Source of the DNA: an archaeon
GTDB lineage: Archaea; Asgardarchaeota; Thorarchaeia; Thorarchaeales; Thorarchaeaceae
Direction of reading: 5' to 3'
Assembly: GCA_024276825.1 (NCBI GenBank)
Contig: JAJRWI010000076.1
Coordinates: 1-24,153, forward strand
Length of the DNA stretch: 24,153 nt
Notes under the pieces: generated by a model
Told to the model about the DNA's origin: nothing
Databases searched by the model: none
What the model saw: only the letters and a program-made list of their open reading frames with translations
Program-made: the position numbers and the translations under genes
Shown: positions 8,212 through 18,204 of the stretch, in pieces
Numbering within the stretch: the stretch's first letter is position 1
Layout: each line of letters opens with the position of its first letter

Positions 8212-10980
8212 TTGTCCATCACTCCTGCAGGCTACGAAGCTTTTCACAGCAAGCGAAGAAGATCAATCACATTCCTCTGCTTTCTAATTTCAATCAGCCT
8301 GATCTCGGGACTACTCATCTATATCGATTCCTATTCCATACATAAATGGAATGAATTCACTGACATAGGTCCAGTTGCATTCTATGTGTCTGGTACAGGT
8401 GCATACCCCACATTTAGGCAGAATGTGAGAAATGTTCAAGGAGTCACTCATACTTGTGATGTGCCTATTGCATATGCTCATTTCAATAGATCGGACATTG
8501 AGTACGGGAATTATTATTCAGGCTACATCTTTGCTCCATCAGATGATGGCTTTGATTATTTTGCCTCGATTTACAAGTTCACCATGGGAAGATTCCCAAA
8601 GAATAACAGTGAGATTGCAGTTTCTTCCAGTCTAATCGATTACTTGAATCTCACTATAGGCGATACTGTTGAATTCGAAATCTCAGGTTTTACTGTAGAG
8701 CACCGCAAAATGACGATTGTAGGGATTTATGATATCAACACTGAAAGTAATGATGCCTACTCGCCAGTTGACTTTGAGTATCTTTATGGTGTTGCTCTGG
8801 TTAACAACTCATATGTTGATATTCGCTTCTCAGAATTTCGTATCTTTATTGATGTCGATAGATCATTCATTTCACCATCTTCTCCACAGAGCTCAATAGA
8901 CTACTTGAAGAGAATAAAACAAGACATCCAAGAATTGGACCCATTCTATTCGCCGAACTATTCTAGCACACAAATATATGTACAAACATTTCTCCTTGAC
9001 CAGATTTACTCGTTCATATATTGGAAGGACGCAACAAGCTCTTCTGAACTCTGGCGTTCTTCAGGAGTTTTGCTTCTAGCGGGTCTACTAATATTCTTGG
9101 CAGTAAGATATAATATGAATGATCGAAAATACGAGTCGCAGATGCTAATTTCAAGAGGGGCATCACTGGGAACGATCAATGGAATTGCCAACCGTGAATT
9201 CTTTGCTCTTTCAATTGCCGCGACTATTCTCTCATTTCTTGTGGGGTCCATATTTAGTAGAATTGCCATTGCTTCAACTGGTTTCTTAGAACTAGATCTT
9301 GAGATGATGATCACAGAACCACTCCTAATCTCAATTTCGACCCTCTATTATATCCCTATTATTGGGATAGTAATGACTATGATAATTGCATTGTTTCACC
9401 ACTCATTCTTCTCTGTGATAACCCCAAAGGAACGCAGAAGAGGAACCCTTTCAAAACTCACATGGTTTTTGCGACTCATAAAATGGGATGTCCTAGTCCT
9501 CATCCTTAGCATTGTATTAATCTGGTTTATTCTCTCTGCAGGACCCATCAGTTATACATACCCAATCCTTTCACTTGCTTTGAACTTGGCTCCATTAACA
9601 CTTTTTCTCTCAATGGCTTCATTATCAATAAAATTTCTGAGAAAGACTGCTGAGCTCATGTCAAAGCATTTGACCCGTTTCTTCGGAGCGGTACAATCAA
9701 GAGTAGGCATTCGCAGAATTGGCAAGAGTGCATCTTCTGCTGGCCCAGTTATCGTAGTACTTGTTCTATCCATAAGTACAGCATGGACATTCTCGGTAGT
9801 GAATTCCTCACTTCCCATAACAAAACTGAATCATGCGCGCTTCAGCCTTGGCGGTGATGTATCTCTTCAAATAGTTTCGGATAACTCATCAATGGATCAA
9901 ATGCTGCTAGAGAATCTCACATCGCATCCCCTAATTGAAGCTGCCACCATAGTGCAGATTCAGCAGATGCAGCTATCAACCTCAAGCTACACTGGATATG
10001 ATTTTGCGGCAATTGATCCAGTGCGATTTGCAAATGTTTCATATGATTTTCGGGGAAGACAACTTAACTCAACATCAGTTAATGACATATTAAAAGAACT
10101 TGCCATAAACCCAAGTGGTGCCATAATTACAGAGTCGATAGCTAGAGAATATGATCTTGCTAAGGGCGATATCTTGCGAAGTTTTGCAGATATAGATGGT
10201 ACACAGATAGCTGTTTCATTCAATATAATTGATATCGAATATGCACTTACCAACTGTAGAGCTCTATCCTCAGTCTTCGACTTCAGTCCATGGTATTATT
10301 ATGACAAAATAATTGGCACAGATGTTATTTGGGTGAACGGGCAGTATTTGCTAGAGCAGCTGAATCAGACTGAATTGGAGTTCAGAGTCCTTGTTTCAAG
10401 GGCAAAGGCCAATGCAAACAGTACAAGGATTGTAGAAGACTTTCTAAATTCAGGTGCTTGGCAATTCATAAACACGGATGAATTGAACTCCGTGGACAAT
10501 GAACTATCGCGCTATGTGAACAGTGTTGATTTCAGAATCAGTCGATCTGTTGACAGTATGTTGATGTTTGGAACAATACTGATCACTGCTGCTTCTTTCT
10601 TGGTCTATGCGACAGAGGGTGTATATTCAAGGCGGAGAGAGATAGCACTAATGCGGTCTCAAGGGGCAGACAGAATGATCATAATCAAGACTCAGATTGC
10701 TGAACTCTCAGTGATTTTGATACTTAGCACTGTATTTCTTCTGATCTATGGCCCTCTACTCTTTACCATTGCAATTAATATGACGCGAGTCACATTCTAT
10801 CAGTTTCCAATTCCAATATTTGTGGTCTATCCCATTCTCTCCATGATTGAGATATATCTGATTTTCGTAGTATCAATTCTCTTGTTTATTGTACTGATTT
10901 CAATTTGGAGTTCACGAATTAATTTGGCTGAATCTTTGAATGCTAATTGGGCCGAAGCCAGCCCATTTGGGGGTGAATGA
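8212..10980 (+). CDS. ABC transporter permease, FtsX/MacB-like with two large extracytoplasmic domains
   Basis: 922 aa. N-terminal TM, large soluble domain with GRFPKNNSEIAVS (MacB periplasmic-type motif), two TM blocks with DRKYESQMLISRGAS and RRREIALMRSQGA (FtsX motif). TTG start after GAGGTG. Confidence 0.88.
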   Translation: MSITPAGYEAFHSKRRRSITFLCFLISISLISGLLIYIDSYSIHKWNEFTDIGPVAFYVSGTGAYPTFRQNVRNVQGVTHTCDVPIAYAHFNRSDIEYGNYYSGYIFAPSDDGFDYFASIYKFTMGRFPKNNSEIAVSSSLIDYLNLTIGDTVEFEISGFTVEHRKMTIVGIYDINTESNDAYSPVDFEYLYGVALVNNSYVDIRFSEFRIFIDVDRSFISPSSPQSSIDYLKRIKQDIQELDPFYSPNYSSTQIYVQTFLLDQIYSFIYWKDATSSSELWRSSGVLLLAGLLIFLAVRYNMNDRKYESQMLISRGASLGTINGIANREFFALSIAATILSFLVGSIFSRIAIASTGFLELDLEMMITEPLLISISTLYYIPIIGIVMTMIIALFHHSFFSVITPKERRRGTLSKLTWFLRLIKWDVLVLILSIVLIWFILSAGPISYTYPILSLALNLAPLTLFLSMASLSIKFLRKTAELMSKHLTRFFGAVQSRVGIRRIGKSASSAGPVIVVLVLSISTAWTFSVVNSSLPITKLNHARFSLGGDVSLQIVSDNSSMDQMLLENLTSHPLIEAATIVQIQQMQLSTSSYTGYDFAAIDPVRFANVSYDFRGRQLNSTSVNDILKELAINPSGAIITESIAREYDLAKGDILRSFADIDGTQIAVSFNIIDIEYALTNCRALSSVFDFSPWYYYDKIIGTDVIWVNGQYLLEQLNQTELEFRVLVSRAKANANSTRIVEDFLNSGAWQFINTDELNSVDNELSRYVNSVDFRISRSVDSMLMFGTILITAASFLVYATEGVYSRRREIALMRSQGADRMIIIKTQIAELSVILILSTVFLLIYGPLLFTIAINMTRVTFYQFPIPIFVVYPILSMIEIYLIFVVSILLFIVLISIWSSRINLAESLNANWAEASPFGGE

Positions 10981-13817
10981 AAATGTTCACACTTTCGAGA
11001 CTAGCCTCACGCGCCCCTCATGTCCTTGCAACATTCTTAGTGTTCTCTCTGGCTTCTGGTGTGCTTGGAGGCATTCTGTTCTATATGGACAGTGTTAGTC
11101 CTCAGGTATATCACGAGTTCACAATGAAGACTAGTGTTGACATGCAAGTCGGTTTCATGAATTCTTTTTTCTCGCAAAATGAGACCACGCTTGAAGATAT
11201 AGTAAATGTTCTTGAAAGTTATGAAGAAGTCAATTTTACAAACACAGTTTTGAAGTTATCATTTTGGGAAGATGATGTTGATTTTATCTACAGGAACGCA
11301 GTCAGTCTCGGTGTCAATGAATCAGTTTTTGAGAATTTTCCAAATGCTTTTCAGATTAACTCAAATGTTTCAAAGCTGACTGACAATACTTGCTATCTAG
11401 AAACCAGCTTCATGGAAAGGTATAATCTTGCAATTGGTGATAACTACACATTAACCACCTATTTGAGGAAGGCCAATGGCAATTATCTTGAATATTCAAA
11501 AACTTACACCATAGTTGGATCCTTCACAACAACTCTATTCCCAGCATTTGAGTACTATTACTATGAAACTGCTACTGGCACTAGTAGATTACGCTTCATC
11601 ACAACTATTGGTGGAATTCTTGATACCTTTGGAAATGTAACGTATAATGATTATGAGGGGCTTGGCTATCGAGTCTTTGTAAAGCTCAACCACGACTTGC
11701 TTATATCTGAAGAGCCTTTTACCGCATATGACAACCTTGTAGCACTGAGAAAGAAGTTCGAGCAAGCAACACTTCCCTATGCTTTCGTTTCAACCAATGA
11801 TTATCTACTTCTCAAGGCTGTAAGTCAATACATGCTCTGGTCAATTATAATCAGGCTGGTGGGCATTACATTTTCAGTGCCAACACTTCTAATGGGCATA
11901 CTACTTGTATATTATAATAACAAACTTCTCGAGTCGCAGCAACGTCGCGATATTGGTACATTAAAGACCCGGGGTGCAACAGGTTGGCAGGCATTCAAAT
12001 GGGTAATGACTACTGCCATCATTGTGAGCATTTTGGGTTGTACTGGTGCAATTCTAATGGGAGTGGTTTCATCTCTTATGTCTGCTTCTGCAGCGCTATT
12101 CCTTGTTTTTGATCTATCATTGCTCTCCGAGTTCAGGCTGCTTTTATCAAGCCCTGCAATTATAAGTGTGATAGGGTTCTCATTTGTGATGGGCATTATT
12201 ATCTCGTTGCCATCAGCCATCAAGGCATTGATCATGACGCCTGCAGAAGCGCATGCGGAGATTGAGGAGGGCATTCTCAAAGGTGAAGAGACCCTTGGAA
12301 ATGTTGGCTATGATGTCATAGGTCTCGTCATTACTATTTACCTGATCATCCCAGTAATAATGATTGGATACATTGGATTTTCATACGAAGGTTTGCTGTC
12401 CTATATGATCGTGTTCACACCCTTCATGATAATCTTTGTACTCTCATTCACAAGACTGTTCTCTAGACAGGTGTCTTCATTCAAGTCGAGGGCCCATAAG
12501 ATATTTGAACGGACTTCATTCATCGTTGGCGCCCGGCTCTTGTCTAGAACAGCAAGAATGTTCAAGAAGAGTGAGTCGATTGGAGTGATATTCATATCAC
12601 TCGTGTTTGCTACTGGCGTTTTCTCATCAATTTCTGCAACCACTGGATACATGCACTCCTACGACCTCTATATGTTCAACTCTGGTGCTGACATCATTAT
12701 TGAGTTTAAGCAAGACTCTTTTGCCACTCTCGATTGGATTGACAACATCACAGCCATTAATGGTGTCGCTGATGCAACAGGTGTGCTGAGAATTGAGGGC
12801 CATAGAAACGAATTAACGCAATATAACCAATACAGCGGCCGGCGAAATATCACATCTAGGACCATGATCTATGGTGTTGATCCCGCCGCATGGAAGCGAA
12901 TAGGCTTCTGGCTTCCATACTTCACATATCATGGTGACCCATGGACCGCACTGGACAGCCTTGCTAGCTCAAACCATACTGTACTTACAAACAGAAAACC
13001 AATTGATTACTGGAACTTTCTGCCCAATGGCATGGCGATTCCTGTCTATCATGATGACCTGACTGTTGTTATGAAAAAGCAAGACGAAACCGAAGTGAGA
13101 AATCCCTGCACAATAGTTGATGTCTTGGCCAGTGATGATAGTGGACAGAAGACCTATTTTCCCGGCCAGCCGGATGTTAATGAATTCATTGTGATTAATT
13201 TGTCTTGGGTCCATGATGTTCTAAATACCACGGCCATTAATATGGTCTATATCGATCTTGCCGACAATGCTGACTATGACTATGTCCTAAGTGAGATAGA
13301 ACAACTGGGATTAGAGAATTTTATGAGGGTCAGTTGCGGGCTCAAAGATTTTGATGAGAGCAATGAGTCGAAGGCCAGTCGATCCATATATGGCATCTAC
13401 ACGATGGACATGTTATTCTCCCTGATTTATCTGATCGCTGGCATGGCAATAATTACTCTTATCCGTACACACAATATGTCAAAGCAATTGTCAGTCCTGC
13501 GCGCACTTGGTTCTAAAACCACTTCGTTACTTGTTCCACTTCTCATTGATGTCTTACTCAGTCTGGCCTATGCATTATTCATTGGCTTTCTATTAGGATC
13601 GGTGATCACGCTGATAATTGTCAATATGCCAATAGTGTTCATGGCGAATGTTTCTAGGACAATGTGGTTCAGGCTGCCCATGGTAGTTCAGGTTCCAATT
13701 GGACTACTGATCAGTCTAATTGGACTGGCCATTGCATCATCATTGTTCAGTTCGTTTCTTATCATCAGGAAACAGTTGCGCAAGAACATTGCAGATGATA
13801 TCAAATATATGGAGTGA
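10977..13817 (+). CDS. ABC transporter permease, FtsX/MacB-like (second, paralogous subunit)
   Basis: 946 aa with the same architecture. QRRDIGTLKTRGAT, GADII and KQLSVLRALGS motifs. ATGA overlap with the preceding permease. Confidence 0.88.
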   Translation: MKMFTLSRLASRAPHVLATFLVFSLASGVLGGILFYMDSVSPQVYHEFTMKTSVDMQVGFMNSFFSQNETTLEDIVNVLESYEEVNFTNTVLKLSFWEDDVDFIYRNAVSLGVNESVFENFPNAFQINSNVSKLTDNTCYLETSFMERYNLAIGDNYTLTTYLRKANGNYLEYSKTYTIVGSFTTTLFPAFEYYYYETATGTSRLRFITTIGGILDTFGNVTYNDYEGLGYRVFVKLNHDLLISEEPFTAYDNLVALRKKFEQATLPYAFVSTNDYLLLKAVSQYMLWSIIIRLVGITFSVPTLLMGILLVYYNNKLLESQQRRDIGTLKTRGATGWQAFKWVMTTAIIVSILGCTGAILMGVVSSLMSASAALFLVFDLSLLSEFRLLLSSPAIISVIGFSFVMGIIISLPSAIKALIMTPAEAHAEIEEGILKGEETLGNVGYDVIGLVITIYLIIPVIMIGYIGFSYEGLLSYMIVFTPFMIIFVLSFTRLFSRQVSSFKSRAHKIFERTSFIVGARLLSRTARMFKKSESIGVIFISLVFATGVFSSISATTGYMHSYDLYMFNSGADIIIEFKQDSFATLDWIDNITAINGVADATGVLRIEGHRNELTQYNQYSGRRNITSRTMIYGVDPAAWKRIGFWLPYFTYHGDPWTALDSLASSNHTVLTNRKPIDYWNFLPNGMAIPVYHDDLTVVMKKQDETEVRNPCTIVDVLASDDSGQKTYFPGQPDVNEFIVINLSWVHDVLNTTAINMVYIDLADNADYDYVLSEIEQLGLENFMRVSCGLKDFDESNESKASRSIYGIYTMDMLFSLIYLIAGMAIITLIRTHNMSKQLSVLRALGSKTTSLLVPLLIDVLLSLAYALFIGFLLGSVITLIIVNMPIVFMANVSRTMWFRLPMVVQVPIGLLISLIGLAIASSLFSSFLIIRKQLRKNIADDIKYME

Positions 13818-13822
13818 GTCAA

Positions 13823-14719
13823 ATGATTGAGGATCTTGAGGAGATTGCAAAAGAGTACAAGGTTATTGTCCGAGACCTGATGAAGGTCTATCGAAGAGGA
13901 CAGAAAGAAGTTATTGCATTAAGAGGAATGGACTTTGAAGTACGTCCCGGCGAGTTTCTTTCTATTGTTGGACCAAGTGGCTCAGGCAAGACAACTCTAC
14001 TAAAATTGATTGGGGCCCTTGACAGGCCAACGGGGGGTTCTGTACTCATAGACGGCTTTAATATTACACTACTTGACGACCGCAAGGCCATGATGTATCG
14101 TAGACTTAAGTGCGGCTTTGTATGGCAGATGGGCAATTTAGTTCCAGGCCTGACAGCCCTTGAGAATGTCAAGCTTCCCATGAAACTGGCCGGTGCTCGC
14201 AAGAAACCGACTGAGTTGCGTGCAAAGGCATTGCTTGAGAACATGGGTCTCGGTGACAGAATGAATCACAAACCCCATCAATTGAGTGGCGGTGAGAACC
14301 AAAGAGTTGCAATATGTGTTGCTCTTGCAAACAATCCTGAGCTTTTGCTTGCTGATGAGATAACTGGTGAGTTGGACTCGGAAACCACTGCCATGGTCAT
14401 GGATGAGCTGAGACGGATTAACAAGGAATTTGGAACTACTGTTATCAATGTGACTCATAATCCTAAAGTGGCCGAATACGCGGATCGTGTCCTAAGGATT
14501 CGCGATGGTCTCATCGAGGGTCAGAAACATACACTCTATGGAGATATCTCTGAGGTTGATGCGAAGGGACGAATAGTTATTCCTGAAACAATCAGACGTC
14601 TTGCAGGGATCGAAAAGCGTGTTGTATTGAAGGTCACTGATGAAGGTCTTCTAATCAGTCCTCTCAAGGATGAGAGTGAGTCGGGTTCACAAAAACAACA
14701 ACATAAGGAGCCTGACTAG
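13823..14719 (+). CDS. ABC transporter ATP-binding protein (LolD/MacB family) with a C-terminal AbrB/MraZ-like domain
   Basis: GPSGSGKTT, LSGGENQRVAI, LLADEITGELD, VTHN, followed by SEVDAKGRIVIPETIRRLAGIEKRVVLKVTDEGLLISPL. Start is ATG 13823 after GGAGTGA, or GTG 13814. Confidence 0.92.
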   Translation: MIEDLEEIAKEYKVIVRDLMKVYRRGQKEVIALRGMDFEVRPGEFLSIVGPSGSGKTTLLKLIGALDRPTGGSVLIDGFNITLLDDRKAMMYRRLKCGFVWQMGNLVPGLTALENVKLPMKLAGARKKPTELRAKALLENMGLGDRMNHKPHQLSGGENQRVAICVALANNPELLLADEITGELDSETTAMVMDELRRINKEFGTTVINVTHNPKVAEYADRVLRIRDGLIEGQKHTLYGDISEVDAKGRIVIPETIRRLAGIEKRVVLKVTDEGLLISPLKDESESGSQKQQHKEPD

Positions 14720-14769
14720 CTGTTTGGAAATCTTGAAATGTGACCTTAGTTTAGGTAATGTGAGCAAAG

Positions 14770-15003
14770 ATGACAGAACCAAGACTACCCTGGTCCTTCT
14801 ATGCAGTACTCGTTTCATTTGGCGTGTTCTTTGCATCGTTAAATATCTACATTCTTACAATATATCTAGACCACCCATTTGCAAGTCCACTCTGGCTAAT
14901 TGGCGTGTTTATTGGGCTTATGGCGCTTATCTGGTCGGTTAGAATGGTTCGCATACATCAGGCAATGCTGATTGATAAAAAGAGATTTCAGACCAGCGAA
15001 TGA
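14770..15003 (+). CDS. Small two-TM membrane protein
   Basis: 77 aa, ATG start, two clear hydrophobic helices with a basic C-terminus. Fills the gap between the ABC operon and the convergent frhB-like gene. Confidence 0.68.
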   Translation: MTEPRLPWSFYAVLVSFGVFFASLNIYILTIYLDHPFASPLWLIGVFIGLMALIWSVRMVRIHQAMLIDKKRFQTSE

Positions 15004-15016
15004 AAAACCAGACCGC

Positions 15017-16066
15017 CTATTTTGAATAGCGTCGCTTCATCTTCATACGAGCTATTTTTTCAATTACAAACACTGCTTTCTGTTCAAGCTTCTCATATTC
15101 TACGGTCTTCGACTCTAGCATGCGGTTAAACAGGTCTGCCCCTCTCTTAGTTCTAACAATCACTGTTGTCCAGTCGTCCTCTGAACCAATGTTGCCAAAA
15201 GACACGTCAGCATTCATACTAGTGAGATCATAGCAATAATGACATGACTTATTCATAAGATGCTCGAGATCTGCAATTGGCCACTCAAAACTGCCTGCAT
15301 CGGTTTCCGCACGAAGCTTACCCTTTGATATCTCAAAACGTTTCACACTGTCAATTTCAATACTGTTCTCTCTGAGGAAATCAACCAATTTTGAATAATT
15401 GAACGAGTCCATACAAAAGAGGCCCAGTCTTAAAACTTCGAGATCTTTACTTCGAGCCAGAACTCCTGCGGGCCTGGATTGAATTTTCTCTAAAGCATCA
15501 ATATTGCATGATGTGCCAACAATTGCGATTCTTTTGTGGCCCTTACTTATTGCCTCCATAAGCGATGTTGTCATGGGGATGTGGCTGTAGAATGTGCCTC
15601 CCTGAAGGTCGTCGGGTGATGTGATTATCGAAGACACTGGTCTCCACTTGTTATTGCCCGGTATTGCAACTATTGCGGCATCAATCAGTTTCTCCTGAAG
15701 TAGATATCTGAGGAATGAAGTCGCTGCGCCACCATTCTGTCGTCTAACATTCTCGAGCATTGAGCGGACTTGATATACATCTCTGACTCGACCAAGCAAT
15801 TCATCATCAAGTGAGAAGGTTCTTGGGCAGAATGCATAACAAAGACCACAAGCCACACAATCGCCTGTGAGTTTGGGAACATATCTCGCATCTTGCCATT
15901 CACCCGATATTGCATTGACTGGGCATACAGAAACACAGGTCCCACATTCAACACATATCTCCTTCTTGATTATCTCACGTTCGAGCTTTTTGAATGCAAA
16001 ACGCTTGGCGTTCTCCTTAAACCATTCACGAGTGCTTTGAATCATTTCATCCAGTTGATTAGTCAT
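15017..16066 (-). CDS. Coenzyme F420 hydrogenase/dehydrogenase beta-subunit family protein (FrhB/FdhB/FpoF-like) with N-terminal 2x[4Fe-4S] ferredoxin domain
   Basis: CVECGTCVSVCP and CVACGLCYAFCP. FrhB motifs QNGGAAT, VGTSC, LGLFCMDSF, CHYCYD, ADVSFGNIGS..WTTVIVRT.RG. Confidence 0.92.
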   Translation of the reverse strand: MTNQLDEMIQSTREWFKENAKRFAFKKLEREIIKKEICVECGTCVSVCPVNAISGEWQDARYVPKLTGDCVACGLCYAFCPRTFSLDDELLGRVRDVYQVRSMLENVRRQNGGAATSFLRYLLQEKLIDAAIVAIPGNNKWRPVSSIITSPDDLQGGTFYSHIPMTTSLMEAISKGHKRIAIVGTSCNIDALEKIQSRPAGVLARSKDLEVLRLGLFCMDSFNYSKLVDFLRENSIEIDSVKRFEISKGKLRAETDAGSFEWPIADLEHLMNKSCHYCYDLTSMNADVSFGNIGSEDDWTTVIVRTKRGADLFNRMLESKTVEYEKLEQKAVFVIEKIARMKMKRRYSK

Positions 16067-16163
16067 CAGAGTTCACTTTCTTTCATGAATGCATATCCTG
16101 CTTAAAGCAATAGCGACTCACATTTCAAGTGTCTGCTTGGTTCCGAGTCATGTCCAAGAGTCC

Positions 16164-17747
16164 CTAATAGCATACGGCCTGACCATCCTTTCTGTGGTCC
16201 GAACCAGCAATCCATGCATGGTCAAGTCTGATGATTGCTTGGCCTCCACCAAATGTTGAAGTGGTTTCATGGATCAGTCTGTGTCCAAGTCGTCTGAGTA
16301 TACCTTGCTCATATGCGAGAATTCCATTCTCAATTGCAACAGTGTTAGACTTCTGATCATGATGAAATCTTGGATGGTCCAATGCCTCTTGCGGTGTCAT
16401 CTGATAATCTACTAGGTTACTAACGAACTGTGCATGAGCCTGTGCTTGATGATCCCCGCCCATGATTCCAAACACCCCAAAGATACCCTCTCTATACAAC
16501 GCTCCTGGAATGATGGTATGAAATGGTCTCTTCCCTGGTGCATAGCTGTTGGGGTGGTCAGGATTAAGAACAAACAGATTGCCTCTGTTTTGAAGCTTAA
16601 TGCCAGTGCCTGGAACAACAAGGCCGCTGCCAAATCCACGATACAAGCTGTTGATGAATGAAACTGCCATTCCTTCGGCATCGGCTGTGCACAGATATAT
16701 TGTATCGCTGTGTCGTGGAATTCCTGTTGGTGGAGGTGTCATGACATTTGACTCGTCCACTAATGATGCGCGGGATTTTGCATATTTGTCGGAGAGTAAC
16801 TCCTCAATGGGAGTATCATAGAAGTCTGGATCTGCATTATGCTCCAGTAAGTCAGCATATGCAAGTTTTTTGGCCTCTATCATGAGGTGATATCTTCTCG
16901 CATCTCTTGATTGATATCTTGAAACTTCAAGTTCTTCCATAATCTGCAACATAATCAAAGCAGCAAAGCCCTGTCCATTGGGCGGATGTTCATAGACTTC
17001 GAAACCCTTGTAGTCCATGGATATTGGTCTTGTCTTTTCGGTTTCATGTTGTTTCATATCTTCAATTGTGAGAAATCCACCATGAGCCTGAACAGTGTCT
17101 ACAATCCTTTCAGCGATCTCCCCTGAATAGAAATCAGCAGCTCCTTCAGAAGCAATTCTCTCAAAAGTTTTGGCTAGATCAGCATTTTTCATCAGCTCGC
17201 CCATCACTGGTGCTCTTCCGTCTTTTGTAAAGACGCGTTTCGCCTCATCATTTTGAAATACTGAAACAAGCATGGCCCAGTATTGCGAGATTATTGGAGC
17301 AACTGGAAAACCATTGCGAGCATATCTAATTGCTGGCGTGAGCACCTCTGCAAACTCAAGATTTCCATATTGCTTCACTAAGGTTTCCCAAAGATGCATG
17401 GCACCGGGCACAGTGACTGATGCACCGCCTCGCAGAGGTATCTCAGTCCACCCTCTTGAGAGAAGTTCATCCAGCGAAATAAGTGATCCTGCACGACCCG
17501 AACCATTGAATGCAAGTGGCTTCTTTGCGTCAGGCAGATGCAGGAGCACAAATGCATCGCCGCCGCAGCCTGTTGAAAATGGTTCCGTCACATCTAGAAC
17601 CGCCGCAGTTGCCACAGCGGCATCGATCGCATTGCCCCCCTTTTGCATGATCTCAACTCCTGCCTGAGCCGCCAAGGGCTCCGAAGCTGCCACAACGCCA
17701 TTAGGAGCGAGAACATCAGAACGTCCTGTAAATCTTCGCCAAAACAT
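16164..17747 (-). CDS. ggt: Gamma-glutamyltransferase family Ntn-hydrolase (YwrD-like, cytoplasmic)
   Basis: GGNAIDAAVA, GCGGDAF, NGSGRA, VTVPGA, PPNGQG, nucleophile Thr in SDTIYLCTAD, GFGSG, LQNRG, PGKRPFHTIIP, GIMGG, SDHRKDG. ATG 17747 follows GAGGCTGA. No signal peptide. Confidence 0.93.
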   Translation of the reverse strand: MFWRRFTGRSDVLAPNGVVAASEPLAAQAGVEIMQKGGNAIDAAVATAAVLDVTEPFSTGCGGDAFVLLHLPDAKKPLAFNGSGRAGSLISLDELLSRGWTEIPLRGGASVTVPGAMHLWETLVKQYGNLEFAEVLTPAIRYARNGFPVAPIISQYWAMLVSVFQNDEAKRVFTKDGRAPVMGELMKNADLAKTFERIASEGAADFYSGEIAERIVDTVQAHGGFLTIEDMKQHETEKTRPISMDYKGFEVYEHPPNGQGFAALIMLQIMEELEVSRYQSRDARRYHLMIEAKKLAYADLLEHNADPDFYDTPIEELLSDKYAKSRASLVDESNVMTPPPTGIPRHSDTIYLCTADAEGMAVSFINSLYRGFGSGLVVPGTGIKLQNRGNLFVLNPDHPNSYAPGKRPFHTIIPGALYREGIFGVFGIMGGDHQAQAHAQFVSNLVDYQMTPQEALDHPRFHHDQKSNTVAIENGILAYEQGILRRLGHRLIHETTSTFGGGQAIIRLDHAWIAGSDHRKDGQAVCY

Positions 17748-17748
17748 A

Positions 17749-18204
17749 TCAATCAGCCTCACAAGCAAGATTGTTATATGCCCCAAAATGCTTTAGTTCC
17801 ACTAAAGGCCCCATATCCCTCTTCCTCTGTCCTATCTTCAATAGATCTTCATCATTGAAATCCATGTTCCTATAATTAAGTCTCGTCTGGTCTGAGTGTC
17901 CAATTAGTGTATTAGAGAAATATCTCTTTAATTCGATAGAACCAATCACATAATCTTTATTTCTATTCTTCTCTGGTATCATAGTGATGCGAGACCTTGT
18001 CTTCATTGCCAATTCTACATATACACTAACATCACGACATGGTTTAATAACAATGGCTTCCTCTCTGGATGCCACAAAACAAGAAATGTGTGCGGGCCCT
18101 TCTTGCTTTACTGGCACTACTCTCAAATAATCCACCAAGTCAGTGAAGAGAAACTCATTATTGAGGGATACGGTCTGTGTATTTTTCTCAAAGCAATGAT
18201 GCAA
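17749..18204 (-). CDS. Hypothetical protein (uncertain)
   Basis: 151-codon ORF filling an otherwise empty ~530-nt gap, with its stop separated by 1 nt from the ggt ATG. TTG start with no clear RBS and no recognisable motif. Confidence 0.3.
   Translation of the reverse strand: MHHCFEKNTQTVSLNNEFLFTDLVDYLRVVPVKQEGPAHISCFVASREEAIVIKPCRDVSVYVELAMKTRSRITMIPEKNRNKDYVIGSIELKRYFSNTLIGHSDQTRLNYRNMDFNDEDLLKIGQRKRDMGPLVELKHFGAYNNLACEAD

Noticed and set aside
17748-17786. N-terminal extension MGHITILLVRLID of the ggt ORF as a signal peptide
   Set aside because: The RBS and family alignment favour ATG 17747, so the extension is probably an ORF-caller artefact.
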